Assembly (NCBI GenBank): GCA_963693365.1
Contig: CAVNZM010000003.1
Coordinates: 10,648,988 to 10,712,987 of the forward strand
DNA: 64,000 nucleotides
Direction: 5' to 3'
DNA from: Amoebidium appalachense
Taxonomy: Eukaryota; Protista; Ichthyosporea
In this document: one piece after another, positions 38,643 to 50,880 of the stretch
How the letters are laid out: each line of letters starts with the position of its first letter
Position numbering within the stretch: the stretch's first letter is position 1
Position numbers and translations under genes: made by a program
Notes under the pieces: generated by a model
Seen by the model: only the letters and a program-made list of their open reading frames with translations
Databases searched by the model: none
What the model was told of the DNA's origin: nothing

Positions 38643-38916
38643 CAGTGTGTGTGTGTGTATGTGTGTGTGTGTGTGGGTGTGTGTGTGTGTGTGGGTGTGG
38701 GTAGGTGCACGTGTGTACATGTGTATGGGGGGGGGGGGGGGGGGGGGGGGAGAAGGGGGAGAAGGGGGAGGGGAGGGAGGGAAGGGGAGGGAGGGATAGA
38801 AAGCCCACACCAAGTTTTAGAGCCAAGTACCTGTCACCGACTGCAATTTTTGCTCAGAATTCATGAGCCACACTTCTGCGGATTGCAAAGAAGCCCATCC
38901 CGGACATTTTGGAATG

Positions 38917-38947
<31 letters not shown>

Positions 38948-38988
38948 GTCATATCACTCGTAGACATATCCAGATAGAGTGGGACCCT

Positions 38989-39022
<34 letters not shown>

Positions 39023-40601
39023 CGCCCCCGGGGTCATATCGATCACCCGGCCCACAAACACATCCAGATATAGATAGTGCCCCCCCCCTTCCCCCCCCCC
39101 CCCTCCGCCCCCGCCCCGCCCGGCGCGTAATATCGATCACCAGTGCCCAAACGCATCCACATCATTTGGACTTAACCCCCCCCCCCCCCCCCCCCCTTTC
39201 CCCCCTTTCATCACCAACGGGTATTCATGTTTGCTTCAGTATTATATTAACCTTTCACAAGCTTGAATAGGCAGTGGGGAAGCAGTCTTCACCACCCATA
39301 ACAGTAGACAGCTCAACAGTAAACAAATACAAGGTGGTGTGACCAAATTTTATGGACGGATTATAAAAACATATGTAATGTAAAAACGTTTGAAACAGCA
39401 GGCCGAGCGAATTATATGATCAAGCCGCCTGATATAGATTCGAACTTCCACCTCGCAGAACGTGATGTCCGAAAACCCCCCCTCCCCGCCTCCGCGGAAA
39501 AAAAAAAAGAAGGGGGGGGGGGGGGGGGGGGGAGGGGGAGGGTAGCGGGAGGGGGGAGGCAAACCCACATGTTAAACAGGAAAAACAGGTGGGGAGGTGG
39601 TGTTTTATCAAGACAAATGCTTCATACTCTTCTTCCACACACGAGAGGAACCGAATAAACGAAAAACGAATATCCGATACACCATGTGAATAGCCTCAGA
39701 CAACGAATTAGGTGTGGAATTACCAACTATAAGCGTCATTTTCAGTCACCGGATTAACAAACACACATCCTTCCCAGCGCACACATTAACCTAGCCTACA
39801 CCCCGGCCACCATCTCCCCCAACCCCGGGTACGCAGACGGAGAGGGGGAAGGGTTAGACACGGAGCCAGAATCGGAGTCGACGGGGCCCAGCGACGACTC
39901 CGACGACTCAGAGGACTCTAACACCGACAGCACCAACAGCAAATACGAGCCCCCTGAGCCCCCAGCCGATAATCACACCCACAACAAGCAGTGTGTGGGG
40001 TGGACCCGTGCTGTGGAGGTGATACGGGCAGACCCCTACGTGGCCTTCAAGACCCGAATCACCACCCACATGGTAGTCCCGAAGTACCACAAGGACTTCA
40101 TCAACACCGACAGTATCGACATCTACCAAGTCATCGCACTGAAGGATGGCTCCGATCCGGCCGAGCAGTGGAGGAAGATACACCATTTCCGGCGGCATCT
40201 TCCCCCCCACCAACAGGCATCACTGTTGGAGTGCAGACTTACGCTCACTCCACTATATGTGTATGTTAGCTTTACAATTGGTTCCGTGTACATAGACACA
40301 TGCTGACACTCGATCACCACATGCACATCTGCATAGTTGAGGAATGTTGCCAATTGTGTTTTGACTGCAAACGATTGGTTCACTGGTCCCAGAGATATCT
40401 AAATGAAAGTAACCAATCCGATTAGCGCCTGGCATCCGGATTACATTCCAGACTGCTGCCCCACGGGTATATAAGCCACGTCTCTGCCAGGTGCAGACAT
40501 GGAGTTCAGTCATGGAGTAAAGACATGGAGTTCAGTCATGGAGTTAACACACTGAAAGCAGTAAAAAAACGGGTCAGCGCCCAAGCGCGCCACGACGAGG
40601 G

Positions 40602-43600
40602 TGTTAAATTCTATAAGTATTTAGGATGAAAGCAGAGACACAGTGGTGCAGTGTGAAAACACCACAGACACACACAACAACAAAACACGGAACGATCGGA
40701 GCAGTGTACACAACAGACATCAATGTTTAGACACGACTGAACTCAATTTATTTTGATCGCTAATAAATACCTGAAATTCCCTTAAGTTAAATCCATACAT
40801 GATTTCCGACCAGTCGGAAATCAGATCTATGTCTAAAATAACCAATCACAATTAACTGATTATTTCCCGGATAGATCCGGAGGCACAGGAACGCACACCA
40901 TAGGTCACAGCTATAAGAAAGAAAAGAGGTGAAGAGTAACGAGGAAAGAGGTGATGTTTCTAACCTATCATCGGCTACAAAGACTCAGACATTTTCTGAC
41001 TAAGTCCACTGATTGGATATAGTACGGCAACACACAAAACAAAAGTGTTTGACTAAGCTATGAATCATACCTGACAAGCTAAAGTGTAGCCTAAGTGTTT
41101 TTCTATGAAAAACTACTCCGGGACGTGTGTTGCCTCTAGGGGGACATCCCCTTGGACGAAAGTGAACCTGCAATGGTTGTAAACCACGGCAAGCCCCCAG
41201 TCATCAATTTATTGATCCGTGAGGTCCATGTGCCCAAAAAACGGGGGAAGGCTTCGCCCCGTGAAAAAACAGCACGTATGTGTGGATCAATGGGGGTTGT
41301 GTGTGGGTGTAGGTGGGTGGGTGAAAAGGAATATATAGCTGTAAGGCTGTGGATGCTAAACACAGAAGATGTGTTTGTAGCTTGCTGATCTGCTAAAAAC
41401 TGTCGTGCTTATATACCTAAGCCTACCGATCTGAACCAATCAAAAATCGATCTAGTGATATGTGAAATCTGATCCGAGCCAATCATAACTCGGTCTAGTG
41501 ATCTGTGGTATCTGATGTTTTGACTGGCTAATAGGTGCCCGTGTGCGGGCAGCCAACCGCTAACTGCTAAAACACGAAATGAAGCCTACATGGTTATGTT
41601 GGTATCGAACACCCATCCTACGTGTTTACCCAGAAAAATATTTATGTCAATAATTTCCACAAATAAAACCTCTACCAATCAAAACATAACGAGTAATATA
41701 AATCTACTCAACGTATATTAGTGAGAGAGAAATATAATTATGTGAAAGGAAACAAGAGAAGAAAGAAAGAGAAAAGAAAGAAGAAGAAAGAGGAAAAAGA
41801 AAAGAAAGCAGGACAGAAAACACGAACAGCAAAACACAGTTATAACCGAAGATATTCATGTACACATAACATGTACACGTGTCTCCCTCACTGGGTAGAC
41901 TCGTGTACCTATAATCAGTTGCTGTAATCGATATCTAAACACACGAATATAGCCGACACAACACGATTACAAGTACTCAAATACACTGGAGATCGATGTC
42001 ATAATTTACGTACAAGGAGCACATCTTTTTCATTAAGTAAATGAATGAAAACATAACACGAACTGAGAAGATCTTACAATATGTAAATACTACGTATTAT
42101 AACATCCCCACTTAAGACTTTGAAGTTTGTGTTATCATATCCCCACTGAACTAGTGAAATCTCCCCACTTGAGAACAGAAACGGAAAAAAAAAAATTAAA
42201 GTGTGTACTTTTCCGGGGGGGGGGGGGGAGGGGGGGGGAGAAGGGGGGGGGGGGGGGAGGGGGGGAAGGGGGGGGGGGAAGGGGGGGGGGGGGAGGGGGG
42301 GGAAAGGAACCGGGGCAAAAACAACGAATATATATAACGTGTATAGGCGGTGTTTGATTAACTGGGTTTTAAACCAGTGAAAGATAGAGTAGAGTGATGG
42401 TACGGGTCAAACCTTATATATAAACCCTAAGTGGGCATACCCACAAAGGCAATACATATGATATAATGATGTTGATAAAGTAAGTAGTACACATGAGAAA
42501 ATCACTCTTGAAGTAGGTCGGGTCAATCCACAATATCCGGTAAACAAAGTCGAGCACGATGGTGGACATGACTCGGGCCGGGGAGGGGTTTGGTGAGTAT
42601 GTCAGCTAAGTTGTGGGCTGACTCAACGTAGTGGACAACCACGTCCCCACTGGCAATGTAGTCCTTGGTGTTGTGATACCGGACGGCAATGTGTTTGGTA
42701 CGGTGCTTGATGCCGGTGGAGTTGACGATGGCAATGGTCGACTGGTTGTCACAGTACACCGGAGTCGGAGCAAGCATGGGACAGCCGAGTTCCTTGAAGA
42801 GGTCACGGACCCAAGCAACTTCTTGGGTGCCAGCATTGAGAGCAATCAGCTCAGCTTCAGTGGTGCTGGTGGCCGTGATGGGCTGGAGCTTGGAGTACCA
42901 GATGACGGGCATACCAGCAAACACGATAATGTAGCCGGTGGTAGACTTCTTGCTGTCGGCACAACCAGCAAAGTCAGCATCCGTGTAGCATTCGAGTATG
43001 GGGGACTGGGTGGCCGAGTACTTGTAGTCAATGCCAAGGTCAATGGTGCCGAGCAGGTACCGGGCCACACGACGGAGAAGGTCCCAGTGAGTCTTGCCGG
43101 GGTTGGTGCTGAACCGACCAAGGAAGCCGATGGCATAGGCAATGTCGGGACGTGTGCACCGTGCCACCCAGAGGAGACGGCCGAGTAACTCACGGTAGGG
43201 CACGGTGAACGGTTGGGGGGGGCAATCAGCCAGGGAGACGGTGGTGCCTGCAGGGATGGGGGTAGACTTGGACTTGGCATCGGTGAGGTTGAAGTCGTGG
43301 ATGATATCCATGATGTAAGACCTCTGGTGCATGTGGAGGTGATGGGGATCAGAGTGATTAAAATCAACACCGAGCATACGGTCAAATGGACTCATACGAC
43401 AGCTGGCCATCTTGCTGATGTGGGCAGCCAGGTCACTGGCAGCAGTAGAACCCCGGGTGTTGGTGATGGTGGAGTCATCGACGTAGTTACCAGCCCGTAC
43501 CACATCGTTGTTGGGGAAGAACCGGAGGTAGATGCACGGGTCGGTCTTAGTACGGGTCAGGCCATGGGCAAGAAGAATGCCGTCGAGGAAGTCGTACCAA

Positions 43601-46600
43601 GCCTTGGAGGCTTGCTTGAGGCCGTACAGGGCTTTCTTGAGTCTCCAGACCTTGCCAAGTGTGGCCATGGTGATGAATCCCGGGGGTTGTTTCATGTAGA
43701 TGGTCTCGGTGAGTGGGCTGTTGAGAAAGGCCGTAGACACGTCGAGTTGATGTATGTCATGACCTTCAACAACGGCCAGAGCTAGGATGGCACGGAGAGC
43801 AGCCGGACGGATGACAGGGCTCTCAATCAACTCATAGTCAACACCGTATTGCTGACTGAAGCCTTGAGCAACACCACGTGCCTTGATCTTGGTGTCACCA
43901 GCCGAGTTGAGAGTTTTCTCGGAGACAATCCACTTGAAGCCGACGATGTTAGCACCAGGGGGAGGGTCAACAAGTTCAAAGATGTCTTTGTCGACGAAGG
44001 CTTGATACTCAGCAGTCAGGGCTGACTTGACCTGATCACCATTGGGTCCGGAACAGAGTTGACGGACAAGTTTGGGTAGTTGGTCGATGTTGATGGGGGG
44101 ACCGGGGGGACTGGCAGGGTGGTGGTGGCTTGAAGTCCAACCTTGCCCTGGAGACGGGCAGAACGACGGGGTGCAGGAACCGGGGTAGGTGGAGACGGTG
44201 GGGGGGGAACTTGGAAGTTCGGAAGTGCAGGGGGGGCAACCTCCGGGCTGGATGGGGCCGAGTGGAAGTTGTCGGGGGAGCCGGGTCGGATGGGTGTGAC
44301 GTTGCCAGGGGCAGGATGAGGGTCGGCAGGCTGGACGGGCACGGGGGCAGGGGGGCCGGTGGGGGGGGGTGTCGGGGGGAACGACGATGGCAGGAGGGGG
44401 GCCAGAGTACACCAGACAAACATCATCTTCAGTGTCAACTGTGGGGGGTGGGGTGGTCGAGGTAGCAGTGGTGTCGGGGGTCGGAAGGGTTGATGGAATG
44501 TCGGACGGGAGATAAGCTGATTCGTCGAAAATCACATCACGGAAGAGGCCGACACGATGGGTGGTGGCATTGAAGATCCGGTGGCAGTGTGATTGAAGAT
44601 CATAGCCGATATACATGCCGAGTTTGACGGTGGGGGCCAGCTTGTTCCGTTTAGAGGCTGGCACGTGAGTGTAGGCAGGGCAACCGAACACTTTGAGCTC
44701 GGAGATGTCGGGCTTGACACCGTAGAAAACCTCGAATGGTGTACGACCATTGGCAGTCGTGGACGGGGTGACGTTGATGATGTAGGCGGCATGTTGGAGG
44801 GCCTCAGCCCACAGTTTGGGAGACAGAGACTGATCTTGGACTTGATGGAGGAGGCAACGGACAATCTCTTGGAGGAACCGCATACGTCGTTCAACATAGC
44901 CGTTCAGTTGAGGGCAGTCCACCGGAGCATAGCTGGCCTTGATGCCCTGGGAGAGGCAAAAAGCACGGGTATCCTTGGAGGTGAACTCAGAGCCGGAGTC
45001 GAAGTGGTAAACACCAACTTTGGAGGGGGCATGGGTGGCAACGAGGTTGGTGTGAGCTGTGAGAATATCCAGGGTGGTGGTACGGTCGGCCATCGGGTAG
45101 ATCTTGACGAGGCCAGAGGCACGGCAGACAGTGACGAGAGCAACATTGGAACCTCCGTACGATGTTGTGGTAGGCTCAAAAAAATCCCAATGCCATTCAT
45201 GACCGGGGATGTTGGAGTGAGGACGGTCACCCCTGAACGGAGCCTTGGTGGTCTTACCCATAATGCAGCCATGACAATCAGGAACATCACAGTCGAGGAC
45301 AGAGGAGGGGAGACCAATAACAAGGTCGTGTTTCACCATGTCCTTGATGCTGGTCATAGCTCGGTGCCCCAGACGATGGTGCCAGATGGATGGGTTAACA
45401 CTGGTAGTGGCAGCCAGAGCCACAGGACGAGTGGGTGGTTGAATGGTGTAGTCCTTGAAGTAATACAGACCGTTGTGTAGACGGAGGTTGACGAGATGAC
45501 GGCCGGTGAGTCGGTCGAAGAGGAATGACGGAGTGGAGGCATCGTTCAAATCACCCTTGATGTATTCGGCAGCAGCTTGGGATGTTGAAATGAGGAAGGC
45601 TTGGCCAGACGGGGTGTAGTAGGCTTCAATGGTTAGGGTGGTAGTGCCATGGTCGGTGGTGGTGTTGATGACGATATGGCCGGTGTGAGTGGCCAAGACG
45701 GGGGTGCCATTGAAGGCAGCAACGGGAGTCGGTGTCGGAAGGGGAGTGAGGTCATGGAAGAACTCACGGGTGGGGCAAACAGTCATGTTGCACCCGGAAT
45801 CCCAGGCAGGGTCGGAGGACACGGGGACGGAGCTAGCATTGTATGCCGAGAAAGCAAAGGAGACAGATTTCTCACTGCCTTGACGGGAACGGTTGTGTCT
45901 GGACATACGGCATTTCGGCTCAGGGCAATCGATGATCGTGTGATCAGGCTCGTGGCAGTAGGAGCATTCTTTCACGGACGGGGTGTTAGAACGAGCCGGG
46001 GAATCAGAACGACGGGAACCCGAGAAACGGGAACGACTGGGGGAACGAGACGTGGACCGGAAGGCAGGCCGGTGGGGGGAACGGGATCGGGTGTGCTGAC
46101 GGGAGAGACGAGTTCGGAGGTCCGTGCCAGAGGTACGGTCAAGTCGGGTGCGTAAGTCACGGCGAGGAAGATCACGGGGGGGAGCACTGGCATTTAATGC
46201 CATGCTGGACTTGGAGGCACGGTGGGCACGGTTGTTCCGGAGTTGCATCTTGAGGTCTTGACGTAACTCGATGCCCTTGACGTGGTTATGGAGGGACTCG
46301 AAGTCGGGGAATAGCTTATCACCGAAGTGATAGTCTTCGATAAGACGATTGAACTCAGGGGTGAGGTCGTCTCTGGTGGTGAGTTCATTGAAGAACTTCT
46401 CAGCTAGACGAGTGAAGTGAATGGACTCATCTTGGAGAGACTGGAGCTGGTTCACGATGGTCTGCAGACGGCTCAGGTAGGTGGTGAATGATTCACCGGG
46501 CTGAAGGGCACAGGCATCCCACTGACGGTGAAGGATGCGGATCTGATCGGGTTTGCCTTGGAGATAGTGTTGACGGATATTCCACATGGCCCGTTCAGGG

Positions 46601-47925
46601 TCCATGCCAATACGGTACTGGGCAACGGTGGTGAGGACGGAAGGGTCGATGTTCTGTATCATATGGAGCAGGAGGCAATTGCGGGCCTCTTTGAGTTCCG
46701 CGGTAGTGCCGTAGCCATAGAAGGGGGGTTCACCGTCAACCGCGACGGTGGTAGGGGGGACGTAGTTGTCAGCAAGGACAACATCCACGAGTCGGACACC
46801 TTTAGTGCCGGTCATCATGCCGAGAAAAATGATTTCCCATTGAAAATAGGTAGTTTTGCTATCGGGACCAGTCTTCCCTTCACCTTTCCACATGGTGATT
46901 TTGTTTACGCCAGTTTTGTTTGGATCCATGATTGAAAAACGAGCGCGAGTTCTAGATGTGTGTAGGGAGCGTGCAAAAGGGCTGCATAACCTGTTAAATT
47001 CTATAAGTATTTAGGATGAAAGCAGAGACACAGTGGTGCAGTGTGAAAACACCACAGACACACACAACAACAAAACACGGAACGATCGGAGCAGTGTACA
47101 CAACAGACATCAATGTTTAGACACGACTGAACTCAATTTATTTTGATCGCTAATAAATACCTGAAATTCCCTTAAGTTAAATCCATACATGATTTCCGAC
47201 CAGTCGGAAATCAGATCTATGTCTAAAACAACCAATCACAATTAACTGATTATTTCCCGGATAGATCCGGAGGCACAGGAACGCACACCATAGGTCACAG
47301 CTATAAGAAAGAAAAGAGGTGAAGAGTAACGAGGAAAGAGGTGATGTTTCTAACCTATCATCGGCTACAAAGACTCAGACATTTTCTGACTAAGTCCACT
47401 GATTGGATATAGTACGGCAACACACAAAACAAAAGTGTTTGACTAAGCTATGAATCATACCTGACAAGCTAAAGTGTAGCCTAAGTGTTTTTCTACCAAT
47501 CAAAACATAACGAGTAATATAAATCTACTCAACGTATATTAGTGAGAGAGAAATATAATTATGTGAAAGGAAACAAGAGAAGAAAGAAAGAGAAAAGAAA
47601 GAAGAAGAAAGAGGAAAAAGAAAAGAAAGCAGGACAGAAAACACGAACAGCAAAACACAGTTATAACCGAAGATATTCATGTACACATAACATGTACACG
47701 TGTCTCCCTCACTGGGTAGACTCGTGTACCTATAATCAGTTGCTGTAATCGATATCTAAACACACGAATATAGCCGACACAACACGATTACAAGTACTCA
47801 AATACACTGGAGATCGATGTCATAATTTACGTACAAGGAGCACATCTTTTTCATTAAGTAAATGAATGAAAACATAACACGAACTGAGAAGATCTTACAA
47901 TATGTAAATACTACGTATTATAACA
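40602..47925 (-). mobile_element. Ty1/copia LTR retrotransposon, full length (copy 2), inserted in the TRIM 5' LTR
   Basis: 5' LTR 46992-47925 (934 bp); 3' LTR 40602-42104 (with 569 extra bp); TSD GAGGG (40597-40601, 47926-47930); PPT at 42105-42113; PBS-like GGTTATGCAGCCC next to the 5' LTR. Confidence 0.97.
42523..46929 (-). CDS. Copia Gag-Pol polyprotein, 1468 aa (copy 2)
   Basis: Same domains as 13147-17553; differs by a few substitutions (KF>NI, K>N) and a frameshifted IN-RT linker. Confidence 0.95.
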   Translation of the reverse strand: MDPNKTGVNKITMWKGEGKTGPDSKTTYFQWEIIFLGMMTGTKGVRLVDVVLADNYVPPTTVAVDGEPPFYGYGTTAELKEARNCLLLHMIQNIDPSVLTTVAQYRIGMDPERAMWNIRQHYLQGKPDQIRILHRQWDACALQPGESFTTYLSRLQTIVNQLQSLQDESIHFTRLAEKFFNELTTRDDLTPEFNRLIEDYHFGDKLFPDFESLHNHVKGIELRQDLKMQLRNNRAHRASKSSMALNASAPPRDLPRRDLRTRLDRTSGTDLRTRLSRQHTRSRSPHRPAFRSTSRSPSRSRFSGSRRSDSPARSNTPSVKECSYCHEPDHTIIDCPEPKCRMSRHNRSRQGSEKSVSFAFSAYNASSVPVSSDPAWDSGCNMTVCPTREFFHDLTPLPTPTPVAAFNGTPVLATHTGHIVINTTTDHGTTTLTIEAYYTPSGQAFLISTSQAAAEYIKGDLNDASTPSFLFDRLTGRHLVNLRLHNGLYYFKDYTIQPPTRPVALAATTSVNPSIWHHRLGHRAMTSIKDMVKHDLVIGLPSSVLDCDVPDCHGCIMGKTTKAPFRGDRPHSNIPGHEWHWDFFEPTTTSYGGSNVALVTVCRASGLVKIYPMADRTTTLDILTAHTNLVATHAPSKVGVYHFDSGSEFTSKDTRAFCLSQGIKASYAPVDCPQLNGYVERRMRFLQEIVRCLLHQVQDQSLSPKLWAEALQHAAYIINVTPSTTANGRTPFEVFYGVKPDISELKVFGCPAYTHVPASKRNKLAPTVKLGMYIGYDLQSHCHRIFNATTHRVGLFRDVIFDESAYLPSDIPSTLPTPDTTATSTTPPPTVDTEDDVCLVYSGPPPAIVVPPDTPPHRPPCPRARPACRPSSCPWQRHTHPTRLPRQLPLGPIQPGGCPPCTSELPSSPPTVSTYPGSCTPSFCPSPGQGWTSSHHHPASPPGPPINIDQLPKLVRQLCSGPNGDQVKSALTAEYQAFVDKDIFELVDPPPGANIVGFKWIVSEKTLNSAGDTKIKARGVAQGFSQQYGVDYELIESPVIRPAALRAILALAVVEGHDIHQLDVSTAFLNSPLTETIYMKQPPGFITMATLGKVWRLKKALYGLKQASKAWYDFLDGILLAHGLTRTKTDPCIYLRFFPNNDVVRAGNYVDDSTITNTRGSTAASDLAAHISKMASCRMSPFDRMLGVDFNHSDPHHLHMHQRSYIMDIIHDFNLTDAKSKSTPIPAGTTVSLADCPPQPFTVPYRELLGRLLWVARCTRPDIAYAIGFLGRFSTNPGKTHWDLLRRVARYLLGTIDLGIDYKYSATQSPILECYTDADFAGCADSKKSTTGYIIVFAGMPVIWYSKLQPITATSTTEAELIALNAGTQEVAWVRDLFKELGCPMLAPTPVYCDNQSTIAIVNSTGIKHRTKHIAVRYHNTKDYIASGDVVVHYVESAHNLADILTKPLPGPSHVHHRARLCLPDIVD

Positions 47926-48679
47926 GAGGGCCTAGTCACAGCGGACTCTACTTCCAACAGGGTTATGGGCCCAGACACGACACCGCGGCCTCTAACTTCA
48001 CGTCCCCTACGACGCCTTGAACGGAGGAGCCCAGAAACCGACTTCTAGGCTGTACCCTACACCCGCGAGCGTATTTCCGTGAAGTAGAGACTTTCGCTTC
48101 CACAAACTCCATCCGCAGCAGCCTGCGACATCAACGTCAAGTATTCCACTTCATTGGCGGGGCACGCACCACAGTGGAATGCACACCCCGGTCTACCCTG
48201 CAAGCAGCCACACTCACTCTCTCTTCTCTAGTGGTGTGTACACTTCTCCAATTGGGTAGGGGTGTTGGAGTGCAGACTTACGCTCACTCCACTATATGTG
48301 TATGTTAGCTTTACAATTGGTTCCGTGTACATAGACACATGCTGACACTCGATCACCACATGCACATCTGCATAGTTGAGGAATGTTGCCAATTGTGTTT
48401 TGACTGCAAACGATTGGTTCACTGGTCCCAGAGATATCTAAATGAAAGTAACCAATCCGATTAGCGCCTGGCATCCGGATTACATTCCAGACTGCTGCCC
48501 CACGGGTATATAAGCCACGTCTCTGCCAGGTGCAGACATGGAGTTCAGTCATGGAGTAAAGACATGGAGTTCAGTCATGGAGTTAACACACTGAAAGCAG
48601 TAAAAAAACGGGTCAGCGCCCAAGCGCGCCACGACGAGGGCCTAGTCACAGCTGACTCTACTTCCAACAATCACCCCAG

Positions 48680-50392
48680 ATGCTCCACCTGCAAGCCAAC
48701 GAGGAAGCCACACCCTTACCGGGGGACCTCCCCGGCCCACCCCCCCCCCAGCAGCCACCACCGTTAGGGTCACCACCAGGACACAAGTGCACGGCCCACC
48801 CGGCTGACCTGCCGAGCCCACCCACTCCCCGTAGGCTCACCTACACCGACTTGGTGCCCCAGGCCACCTATGACGAGTGGCAGCAGCAAATCATCCTGAT
48901 CCCCCCAGACCAACCGATCACCGTTTATACGGACGGCAGCCTCATCCACCCGGGCAGGAGGAAAGCCCAGGCCGGAGCCGGGGCGGTACTGGACACCCCG
49001 GACCGGAAAGCACCTCCAGTGACGGCCAAGACCAGGCTCCATACGGCCCTATCATCCACCCAAGCCGAACTCACAGGGGTACTACTAGCCCTCCTGCTCA
49101 CCCCCACCACCACCCCCATCCACATCAAGCTCGATAACCTCGGAGTAGTCGACCGATGGACGGCAAATATAGACCCCACCACACCCCCTCGACGCAAGCT
49201 AAAGTTCCCCCACATAGTGGAATGGGCTGACGTACGAGACCAACTCTCTCTCCGGCAACCAGGCTCTGTACAGGTATCGTGGGTGAAGGGGCACCAATCC
49301 AACACCAAACGGTACGGTCAACGGAATAACGAGGCAGACAAGGCAGCCAATGCAGGAAGAGTCCTCCCCCTCCCCCCCCCCCCCCTACCTCCGGCCCCGG
49401 GGGGGGGGAAATACTTCCTACGACTACAAGGCCACCGTATCCCCGGCAACATTCCCGGTACACTGAACCGGTTGAACAAGGACTTCCTCACCGACATGGC
49501 CGGCAAGACCAAGGCCATGTCCATACTAGCCGACCCCAGACTGCTCCCAGCCGAACGGAACCCCCTCAAGCTCAACAAGGGGCCCACACAGGCAACCATC
49601 GGGGCAGTCAGAGGAAACACTCGTAGCCTGTCCCTGGCCATGGGCACCCTGCCTACCATGGCACGGCTACACCGAGATCACCCCACCGTCGTTACACAGC
49701 CCACATGCCCCCGGTGCAGCCAGCACCCTGAGACCACCACCCACCTCTGGGCCTGCCCGGCCCATGCCGGGGAAGTCCCCACCCTGACCACCGCCATCAC
49801 AGCCTGCATCCACAACGTCCTGCACACTCGTCATCCAAACACCCCCACGGCACAGCACCACCATACGGCAGCCACGGTGGTAGACCAATGTGCATGGATA
49901 AACTGGATAGGAGGCAACGGTGACCCACCTGACCCCGAAGACACCAAGTGGGTCGAACGGGGATTCTGCCCACGATCGGTGGGCCCACTACTTGCAGCCA
50001 CCGGCACCACCAAGACCACCACCCGGGCCATCTTAGGAAAAATCACAGTAGAGTTGCAATCCTTTTTCTTTTCAAAAATTTGGCACCCACGGAACACAAC
50101 ACTCCCCCCCACCCACCCTAAAATGCAAAAACACCACCATATACCCACCACCCGTAGAAAGAAAAGTATGGCTCTCCAAAAACCCAAAAAACCAACAAAT
50201 ACACCCCCCACACACACCCGGCCGGCCTGTTCTGAATGCCGGAACACCCACAGACCCGGTGTGCCCTGTAAAACCCACCTTTTAGTCCACAAAAACATCG
50301 CCACAACATACGTACACCAACACATCATGTTAGGCAGCAACCCCCCACCACCACCACCACCACACCCCATCATCCACCCATACCCACCGTAA
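48680..50392 (+). pseudogene. C-terminal part of LINE ORF: RNase H, zinc-binding CCHC and a further Cys/His motif (N-terminal remainder at 39786-40223)
   Basis: YTDGS, SSTQAELTGVLLAL, IKLDNLGVV, WVKGH...NNEADKAA; LPTMARL...CPRCSQHPETTTHLWAC; CSECRNTHRPGVPC. Confidence 0.88.
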
Positions 50393-50726
50393 ATATTATA
50401 CACAACACCTAGGACTTCCCAATACTGTAGATCGACCAATGAGAGCCCTCGGTTAACGTTTATTGCTAGGTTTTGAATGGAGGGGAGGACTGGAGCCTCC
50501 TGCCGGCGTGGCTGGGGTAGTAGCCCTGGGCAAAGTGTGTACTTATAGTTAGGTTGTGAAGGATGGTTTAGCTTAGCTGAACTCATAGTTAGCACCTTAA
50601 CTAGTGTACTGTCGGTGCTGTGTGGTAGACGGTAGTTTCCCTAGAGGGCCTGAAAAGGCCTCCGGGAACAAAACGTGATAAAATAAAAAATAAAAAAAAA
50701 TCCCAGCGCACACAGTGCGAAAAAAT

Positions 50727-50760
<34 letters not shown>

Positions 50761-50880
50761 AAGAAAAAAAAAAGAAAAAAAAATTCTGAAAAAAACTATC
50801 ACAGTTCAAAACTGCACCAAAACATTACAAGAAACTACTGCATTCATCAGCGACATCATTACATCTTAATCCAGATTTTC

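Larger units (their letters stand above)
40224..48669 (+). mobile_element. TRIM (non-autonomous miniature LTR element); 5' LTR 40224-40601 + 47931-47959, internal 47960-48262, 3' LTR 48263-48669
   Basis: 407-bp LTRs TGTTGGA...TCCAACA; TSD ATCAC (40219-40223, 48670-48674); PBS GGGTTATGGGCCCAG 47960-47974; PPT GGGTAGGGG; no coding capacity seen. Confidence 0.93.
39786..50700 (+). mobile_element. 5'-truncated LINE (RNase H + CCHC region, RT absent) with poly(A) tail, interrupted by the TRIM/copia nest
   Basis: 14-bp TSD TCCCAGCGCACACA at 39772-39785 and 50701-50714; A-rich tail ending at 50700; reading frame continuous across the TRIM site (...HQQAS|PQMLHLQ...). Confidence 0.92.

Noticed and set aside
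41102-41674. LTR insert as a spliced intron
   Set aside because: No GT-AG placement on the element strand reproduces the short LTR junction.
50640-50675. Ribozyme in the LINE 3' UTR (GGCCTGAAAAGGCC)
   Set aside because: Simple hairpin; hammerhead core incomplete.
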